Origin: Amoeboradix gromovi X-113
Taxonomy: Eukaryota; Fungi; Sanchytriomycota
Assembly: GCA_018985225.1 (NCBI GenBank)
Contig: JADGIF010000443.1
Location: forward strand, 1-8,540
Direction of reading: 5' to 3'
DNA length: 8,540 nucleotides
The notes beneath the pieces are model-generated. The model did no database searches and was not told the origin of the DNA. It saw only the letters and a list, made by a program, of their open reading frames with translations. Shown one piece after another: positions 1 to 6,528 of this stretch (position 1 is its first letter; each line of letters starts with the position of its first letter). Made by a program: the position numbers and the translations under genes.

Positions 1-235
1 CAGTTCTCAAAATGAGGACAAGTAATCATTTTACCTGAAGATGCACATGCAAAAGATGTTATAGATAGTGTGAGCATTAAATATACAAGAAGTAGTCCAA
101 AATCACAAGGACATCTGAGTCAGACTCCTTGACCACAGATATGGATCAGAATGCCAGTTTTATATCAGAGATGTATTTATCAGTTATACAACATCATAGA
201 ATGTTTATGAATCAAATCGTAGAAGAAAGTATTAT

Positions 236-309
236 GTTTTCGTGGTGTAGTTGGTTATCACATCTGCCTAACACGCAGAAGGTCCTGAGTTCGAGACTCA
301 GCGAAAACA
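236..309 (+). tRNA. tRNA-Val(AAC): tRNA-Val, anticodon AAC (eukaryotic, I34 type), intronless
   Basis: Acceptor stem GTTTTCG(236-242)/CGAAAAC(302-308) with discriminator A309. D-arm/A-box GTGTAGTTGGTTATCAC. Anticodon stem TCTGC/GCAGA with loop CT-AAC-AC (AAC at 270-272). T-arm CTGAG-TTCGAGA-CTCAG. No encoded CCA. Confidence 0.97.
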
Positions 310-313
310 TTTT
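310..313 (+). terminator. Probable RNA polymerase III terminator (T4)
   Basis: TTTT immediately after the tRNA discriminator base. Confidence 0.6.
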
Positions 314-479
314 GATCAAGTTTTAATTTGTTCAATTCATAGCTGTAAACTACTGTGATAGCCAGACCAAGTTGTATTAGAAGTTTAAGGAGCATTATTT
401 GCTCTTATATTCAAGCGACAGGAAATCAAATGTCAATCTTAATAAAATTCTATTTTGATATTGTAAAGTAAATCTATCA

Positions 480-770
480 TCGATAATTTGTATGTGTTTC
501 TATCCATGACTTTTCCAGATTTTCAAATGCTTAAAATACTAGATATTCTTCATTTCCCAAATAGTAAATGAAATCGATTGATGCCATTCTGAGTATCTCA
601 AATATAAAGATATAACTAATAGTTACAATACATCAACGTTGAGGAACTGGTCCAAATATGGAAAAATTAGTTGTCTTTTAACTCATCCTCAATAGAGATT
701 AACGATAAATTAACCTGTAAACCATTTAGTTAACAATTCCTCTGTGATTGGCCTTGCGTGTGCAACAACG
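480..770 (-). pseudogene. Remnant of an unidentified partner ORF, divergent from the Fanzor
   Basis: Broken minus-strand frame ...RQLIFPYLDQFLNVDVL*LLVISLYLRYSEWHQSISFTIWEMKNI*YF. It aligns with LYLLVISLDMTYSGLHLFIPFTICERKNIEYL of copy B with several synonymous differences (cta/ctg, tta/cta, ata/att, tac/tat, act/acc). Confidence 0.4.
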
Positions 771-794
771 AAATATCTTAATACTTACGATGCA

Positions 795-930
795 TGCACA
801 AGCTGTAGAAATCTTAAAATAGCCAATATGGAGAGCTACACTTGTACCAATAAAATTTGGAGATAGAGACCATATGGTAGCAAAGAATATGTGCATCAAG
901 TATCTGCATCCCTATTCAATCCCACCTCAG
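795..930 (+). pseudogene. Fanzor2/TnpB-family nuclease C-terminal remnant (frameshifted), copy A
   Basis: Manual translation: CTSCRNLKIANMESYTCTN [net 5-nt deletion relative to copy B, 4th Cys lost] DRDHMVAKNMCIKYLHPYSIPPQ, with DRD at 862-870. This is a zinc finger remnant plus the RuvC-III motif, collinear with copy B. Confidence 0.8.
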
Positions 931-1030
931 TGTTGTGAAGGCGTGAGTAATCATTGTAACGGATTTACTAGCACTGCTAGTTTCTCTATGAAAATTCTTG
1001 GCTTTCTTGTAAATTAGGACATTTAACGAG
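931..1030 (+). ncRNA. Putative omegaRNA (fRNA) scaffold remnant, copy A
   Basis: Ungapped 73/100 identity (hand count) to 6016-6115. Hairpin ACTAGC-ACT-GCTAGT (967-981) and a degenerate terminal stem at ~991-1024. Lies between the Fanzor 3' end and the element boundary. Confidence 0.45.
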
Positions 1031-1099
1031 TAATGGACATGTACATTATTAACACTTGTTTTACGACTTGCTGCTTTCTTAATTAATCGCAAAACCATT

Positions 1100-3026
1100 T
1101 TTGTTAGATATAGCATCCTACATTAATGTTTTACAACCACTGTAAATAATATTGTTATTGTTAATCCTCTATTATGAGTCCTGCAATCATAAACTGGGGG
1201 ATTTCGGTTGATGCACATAACTGGTGTGCCCAAGGAATTTTTGCATCAAGGTTTATATCTTACCCTTCAGGTTTCTTGTAAGTGCAGACCATCAATTAAT
1301 CCTTTTGAGTATCTCACTCTCAAGATATGATGTGTATTAACACCGGTGTGATTGTAGGCTAAGGAAAAGCAACAATTTTGAGAAGAATAGATTTGAAGTG
1401 GAAATGACAATTTCAAGCATGCTAGAATAAAGATTGTTTACTTTAATACTGCTTTTATAATCTATATACCACGTTTACCTTCTTGTCCATGTATCTGCCC
1501 AATCTTATAAGACACTACGTAGTCTAGTTGGTATATTTGAGTATTTTGAACAAGACTGTATAAATCCAACTCTCCACCAGTTTACAAATATATTAAAGAC
1601 CATACCCATTCAACGTTCTCTGTAAGACTGCTGGTGTTCAATTCAGCGTGCAACCTGAATTCTTTGGTAACAAAAGCTTTTTTGGTGGAATTAGGATCTT
1701 CGTGTCGTTTAAATTCGATTGCAATAGACTCTAGATATTTTAAGGCAGTTTTTCGCACATAACTAATCGCTTACCCGAATCCTTAACACAGTTCAAAACA
1801 TCATCGTCGAAAGACAATGCGCGCAATAGAATCTGAAAAGCTAGCTTGCGTCAAATATACCGATAATATTTTTAACATTTATATTCCTCTAAAGTCTTTA
1901 AATTTATCTTTTCTTTGAGCCTTTGAAAGATATTTTTAACACCTTACCTTTCCTTAATTATTGTGATATAGCATTCAGAATTTTTATTTTGAGCTAATAC
2001 ATGTTGAAATTCTGATGGAGTTCATCATCCTTTTTGTTGATAGCTTTCGAAAATCGATTTGTATCAATATTTTTAATTTTCATAATTTCAAGTAAACAAG
2101 TAGCTTAGGCATTGAATTTGCTAAGCTTGTTATAAACTTTAATTTCCTCATTATCATCATTACAATTAGCTGAGTAGTTCACATTTGCACCAATCGGTTT
2201 AATGATTTTATGGCGACATCTGGAAATTATACTTACAATGCCAGATAATGAATGCAGAACTTTACAGATTTAGCTTAGTTTCGGCTTATTGATAATTGGA
2301 CATTTTTTCACTTGATTGGAAAATTGGAGTGATTTTGATAGATCAAGATTTGAAAATCTAGATTTGACATTTTAACAGAATTTAAGTTGTTCTAGTTTTA
2401 ACAAAGGCTGTCTCTATGTTTAGACATATGAGATGATCTCTATGAAAACTAGACCATGGTACTAAGAGTGTATCCATGAGGAGTAAGTACTGAAAGCAAG
2501 ACAGTGAGCACAATACAGATCTAGATTGCAAATTCAATTTACTAAACAGGATTTCTTCGATTATGGATGAACTACATTTTATTGTTAATCTAGCTTTACA
2601 TGAAGCACTACCTCATGTCTTTTTGGTGTGTCTAATTCAATTTGATTTTTGCGTTTCCCATTCCAACTTCCTTTTCAGGTATAGAATAGATCACTCGTCA
2701 TTTATATTAGTAATTTCGTCGGTGATGACAAATCCCCAAACAGACGGGTAATTCGCAAGCTTTTCTTCATCTTTTTTTCTCCAGCTGCTCAGTCTGTGGT
2801 TACAACTCTATTTTTCTCTTCTTAGAGTCGCAAACTTTCGAACAAAACTCAAATTTGGCTATATAAGTAGTTTAAGATCTTGTCTTGAAGTGCCCGAATT
2901 AGCTTCAGCTCTTGTCTTTACATTTGAATTGGTCTTGGGAAGAACAGCGTTCTCGTTACTAATGTTACTAGCGGTTAGTATTCTTTTCTTCTAATCACAT
3001 TTTGGTTCTGATTTGTTGGCTGTCAT
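1100..3026 (-). pseudogene. Heavily degraded coding sequence(s), family not identified
   Basis: Long protein-like minus-strand stretches interrupted by stops and frameshifts: MTANKSEPKCD*KKRILT... from 3026, EEKLANYPSVWGFVITDEI, SYVRKTALKYLESIAIEFKRHEDPNSTKKAFVTKEFRLHAELN, DINLDAKIPWAHQLCASTEIPQFMIAGL. No motif recognised. Confidence 0.3.
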
Positions 3027-3052
3027 CCCAAATTAACTTGTATCAACCATCG

Positions 3053-3345
3053 TTACAAATCAAGAATTTCATAGGAGATCAAGCAATAGCTTTCGCTACA
3101 TAAAGTGTCAAGAAGGACTGGAAGTACATAAATATGGCACCGACATCCAAGAGCGATGGTGCAGCAGAGAGATTTGCAGAGACAAAGAAAAAGATAGAGG
3201 CGTAAGCCAACAGATACCAGAGCTCCATAGCGTGCATTGGGTGCGGAGGAGAAGAGAGTAATCGAGAATCTGAGCAACGATATCATCACATCGATACACT
3301 CAGAGGGGTCACTGCCATACAGATGTCTCACACGCATCATCTATC
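3053..3345 (+). mobile_element. Degenerate retroviral-type (rve) DDE integrase fragment (LTR retrotransposon, Ginger or Polinton origin)
   Basis: Frame from 3053: LQIKNFIGDQAIAFAT*SVKKDWKYINMAPTSKSDGAAERFAETKKKIEA* resembles SDxGxxFTS...APYHPQSNGxAERFNxTLK (D at 3077, E at 3167). After a frameshift, IITSIHSEGSLPYRCL resembles YNTSxHSxxGxxPY. The segment is visibly GC-richer than its flanks. Confidence 0.5.
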
Positions 3346-3429
3346 CGGACTTGGAACCAAGGCCGAAGCACACGGGCGAGTAATCAAGGCCTGTCAAAAG
3401 GGCCAAAATCAATAAACACTGAATGTCTA

Positions 3430-4254
3430 TTATCAGCGCATTTCCTTGTTGTTACACTTTCCATTGGCGATTTTTCCTACTTATATCCAACAAATGACAT
3501 TATGTACTGAGAACTATAATAGCACAATGCTGTGCAAGCTAGTAATTTCATGTCTTATGTAAAACTGGTCCATAATATAGCATAGCTCAAAGTTATTGAT
3601 AATTTTTATTCACGTGAATAGTGTAATGGTATCTCTTGAATGAATACAAATGAGTGTTTATGAGTGCCGCAACTCGTTTATTCTTTAAAAGATCGTGTAT
3701 GCAGCATTCTGTAATGATGTAAAGCATCGATTTAGATACATCAACTGGTATTTTGAAATAATGGACATAAGAACTTTATTTTAGAAGAAATCAAGTACAT
3801 TCATTGAAGAAAGATGCAATGAGGCACTAATCACCTTTCTCTTATATCCAATCATTAGTAATCCATAATCAATTGGATCAACCAGTGCCTTTGCAACAGA
3901 TTCCCAATAAGATGTATTCTATCGAATCGTCTTTTTATACGATATTATCTCATTGTTCGAAGTCATGCACCATTTTGGTACAATAATATTCTATCCACGT
4001 TTCATAAGCATTTTGAAGCAAGGGTTCACCACTGAGTACAATGTTATCGGGAATCCGTTATATGATTCGGATCCCCTTAACTTCAGGTAATCTGATATTC
4101 CAAAATTAATTCTATTACAAGTATGTAAAAACAACACAAATATCACGTGATTACTTAAAAATCTGTCTATTATTTGAAATCTTTGAATGTACTCCAGCGG
4201 ATTGTCAATCAATCCGGTTTCTCCCCCCCAAGTTGATAATCTCCATTGTTTCAT
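3430..4254 (-). pseudogene. Degraded gene divergent from the kinase, family not identified
   Basis: The 87-aa ORF 3991-4254 continues past in-frame stops as NIIVPKWCMT...YWESVAKALVDPIDYGLLMIGYKRKV, and in a shifted frame as HYFKIPVDVSKSMLYIITECCIHDLLKNKRVAALINTHLY. Confidence 0.3.
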
Positions 4255-4294
4255 ACATTATGCACAAAGTTTCTGAATAAATAAGGGGTACCAG

Positions 4295-5518
4295 ATGTTC
4301 ATTTTACTATTTTTCATGTATTCCGTGCCGACTGATTTTCAATTGAAAATGCCGTCACCATTTAAGTACAGCATCGTAAGAGGACAATTGAGTTTGGGCA
4401 AAGGTTCTTCTGGGTATGTTCAAAAGGTGTCTGTGCCAGATAGAAAGCAGATTTTTGCATTAAAGACTGTAATTTCACAGAAGGAAAATGGAATATGCAT
4501 TGTAGAACAAGACACGCTAAATGAAATTATTTTATTACATAGTTTAGATCACCCTAATATTGTCAAATTTGAATCCTACTGGATGGATAATATAGATGAT
4601 GATGAGCACCGCTGTAAAGTTAGACTGCTTGTTGAGTTTTGTGACTGTAATATGCTTGAGTTTACATACTATTGGCGCCGTGATCTCGAAATTACCAAAG
4701 ACAACGTTGATATCAAGACAATTGCAGATAATCCACCTTTTACTCTGCTTGAGAGTGATCCTCGACTTGTATCTGGTGCTATTAACTCGCGTTCCAATGT
4801 TATCTACCAGACTGCAACTGATGTTTTAAGCGCTCTTGCTTATATGCATAATAGAGGTATACATCATTTAGGTATAAAGCCTGCCAACATCGTCTTAAAG
4901 AAAGGCACAACAACTACTGGAATGCCAGCATACACTATGAAGCTAATCGATTTCAACTTGTCTTCAGATAAAGCAAAGATTGATGTTCAGTTTGGTTTTA
5001 CATATCGATATCTTCCATTGCACGTATTACTTTATGTTATTGAACATGAACTTCTTGATAAATTATATAAATGCTTACACGAATGGTTTAACTATGTTGA
5101 ATGTTCTTACAAAAAACAACTAGAGGAATATGAAGAAAAGTATAGTAATCAAATAGATATGATAGCGGGACAGAATGGCCTAGTTAATAAAGCAATGGCT
5201 AAAATAAAGATTGCTAGACGACTTGATGAGCCTGTTTATATTTTTTCCGATATACAGAATAGAATGAAGGAATTGAAAGCTATAGAATTTAATCCGAAGC
5301 TCCTAGATCTGTACGCATTAGGAAAGTCACTCATAGATATTATTATACTCTTTGATGAGAACAAGCTTCATGAATATCAATTGGAACAAGATATACAGGA
5401 TACGTTGGATGGCCTTACGTGTGATGAAAAGTACAAAAATCTGATAATAAACATGATGAGCATGAATGAAGACCTTAGTGCAGAGAAACTATTGAACGAT
5501 TGGAAAAACAGTGAATAA
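4295..5518 (+). CDS. Divergent Ser/Thr protein kinase-fold protein, probable pseudokinase, 407 aa
   Basis: Gly loop LGKGSSGYV, FALK (beta3 Lys), alphaC TLNEI, LDHPNIVKF, LLVEFCD, catalytic loop HHLGIKPANIV, LIDFN, subdomain IX-like LLDLYALG. Uninterrupted ORF ending in TAA. Alternative start at 4349. Confidence 0.92.
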   Translation: MFILLFFMYSVPTDFQLKMPSPFKYSIVRGQLSLGKGSSGYVQKVSVPDRKQIFALKTVISQKENGICIVEQDTLNEIILLHSLDHPNIVKFESYWMDNIDDDEHRCKVRLLVEFCDCNMLEFTYYWRRDLEITKDNVDIKTIADNPPFTLLESDPRLVSGAINSRSNVIYQTATDVLSALAYMHNRGIHHLGIKPANIVLKKGTTTTGMPAYTMKLIDFNLSSDKAKIDVQFGFTYRYLPLHVLLYVIEHELLDKLYKCLHEWFNYVECSYKKQLEEYEEKYSNQIDMIAGQNGLVNKAMAKIKIARRLDEPVYIFSDIQNRMKELKAIEFNPKLLDLYALGKSLIDIIILFDENKLHEYQLEQDIQDTLDGLTCDEKYKNLIINMMSMNEDLSAEKLLNDWKNSE

Positions 5519-5691
5519 ATCATTTGTTACGAATTTGTATGCATTTTTGTATAATTTTATGACTTTTCCAGATTTTTCTAATAGCTTAAATACTCGATAT
5601 TCTTCCTTTCGCAAATGGTAAATGGAATAAATAGATGTAATCCTGAATATGTCATATCTAAAGAAATAACTAGCAGGTACAGCATACAAAG

Positions 5692-6015
5692 ACATATGAT
5701 CTTATATACTTGCCATCGTTTAATACTAGTCCAATGATAAGTAGCTTGTCGAGCAAGGTCGCAAGAAATATGGCCACAATTTCCCATTACACATTCAAAG
5801 AACGCTTGAAGTTCAAATGTAACCAAAGAGGAAAGACGATAATCGAATGTAATGAGTAATTTACTAGTCAAACATGTAAAAGGTGTGGTACTCTAAAGAA
5901 AACCAATTTAGAAACCTACACCTGTACCAATTGTCATTTGGAAATTGATAGAGATCATATGGCAGCAAGGAACATATACATCAAGTATATGCATCCTTAT
6001 TCAATCCCGCCTTAG
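5692..6015 (+). pseudogene. Fanzor2/TnpB-family RNA-guided nuclease, 5'-truncated pseudogene, copy B
   Basis: Frame 1 translation: TYDLIYLPSFNTSPMISSLSSKVARNMATISHYTFKERLKFKCNQRGKTIIECNE*FTSQTCKRCGTLKKTNLETYTCTNCHLEIDRDHMAARNIYIKYMHPYSIPP*. Contains the LPxF motif, the SHYxFKxRL helix, ExxTSxTCxxCG, CxxC and DRDxxAARNI. One internal TAA at 5857-5859. RuvC-I and the N-terminal domains are absent. Confidence 0.9.
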
Positions 6016-6115
6016 GGTAGTGAAAATGTGACCAATCACTGTAACGGTGCATCTAGCATTGCTAGTTTTTCTGTGAAAGTTCTCGATTATCTAGGAAATC
6101 AGGACTTTTGACTAG
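6016..6115 (+). ncRNA. Putative omegaRNA (fRNA) scaffold, copy B
   Basis: Three tandem stem-loops: CACTG-TAA-CGGTG (6037-6049), CTAGC-ATT-GCTAG (6053-6065) and AAAGTTCT-C-GATT/AATC-AGGACTTT (6076-6108). The region is conserved with copy A up to a sharp boundary. The true 5' end may lie inside the ORF. Confidence 0.55.
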
Positions 6116-6528
6116 GAGCCAATCCGCAATTTTAATCTAAACATCCTAACTATGATTTTAATTTACTTAAGCAGCAATTCACTAGAGTACTGGGAAATAT
6201 TCTTCATAGCAGACAATTTATTCCGATGTTGTTCAACAAAGTTTCGTTGCATCAATCCAGATATCACCAATGTTTCTTATGCTCTATTGATGCAGAGGGG
6301 TTCTGGTACGGTAATTTGTGTATTATTAGTATTGCGGGTCTCTTCACATTTGCGCAAAAACAATCACATCGATGAATATACTATGAAGCGCGCGAATAAA
6401 ATATTCACTCATAGTTAAACTAAGGCTTTCGTGCATTCAGTAAGACAATATTCGCGAGAGATATTCAATCATGCTTTGCTTGAGAGAAAATAGATGTCAA
6501 TAAAGAACATGTTTACTGCTCCGCTTTT

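Larger units (their letters stand above)
469..1030 (+). mobile_element. Decayed, internally deleted Fanzor-carrying element, copy A
   Basis: Homologous to 5516-6115 in two blocks: ~469-635 with ~5516-5685, and ~795-1030 with ~5875-6115. Homology stops sharply after 1030/6115. The left boundary is approximate. Confidence 0.75.
5516..6115 (+). mobile_element. Decayed, internally deleted Fanzor-carrying element, copy B
   Basis: Direct-repeat homologue of 469-1030. It begins at the kinase stop codon and contains the partner remnant, the Fanzor C-terminus and a structured tail ending ...GACTAG. Confidence 0.78.

Noticed and set aside
129-326. 65-aa ORF on the + strand
   Set aside because: It has a TTG start and runs through the tRNA-Val gene, so it is spurious.
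3759-3768. 10-nt match (TAATGGACAT) to the start of the copy A putative guide
   Set aside because: The match ends after 10 nt. It is too short in AT-rich DNA to claim targeting, and no TAM is known to test it against.
916-5871. Short ORFs 916-1116, 2563-2751, 3053-3340, 3108-3299, 5489-5695 and 5578-5871 as genes
   Set aside because: They overlap Fanzor, integrase or other relics, mostly antisense, and cross element boundaries. Only the 3' part of 5578-5871 is retained, as the partner-ORF remnant.
6152-6418. 88-aa + strand ORF between copy B and PUS3
   Set aside because: No recognisable motif, so it cannot be supported as a gene.
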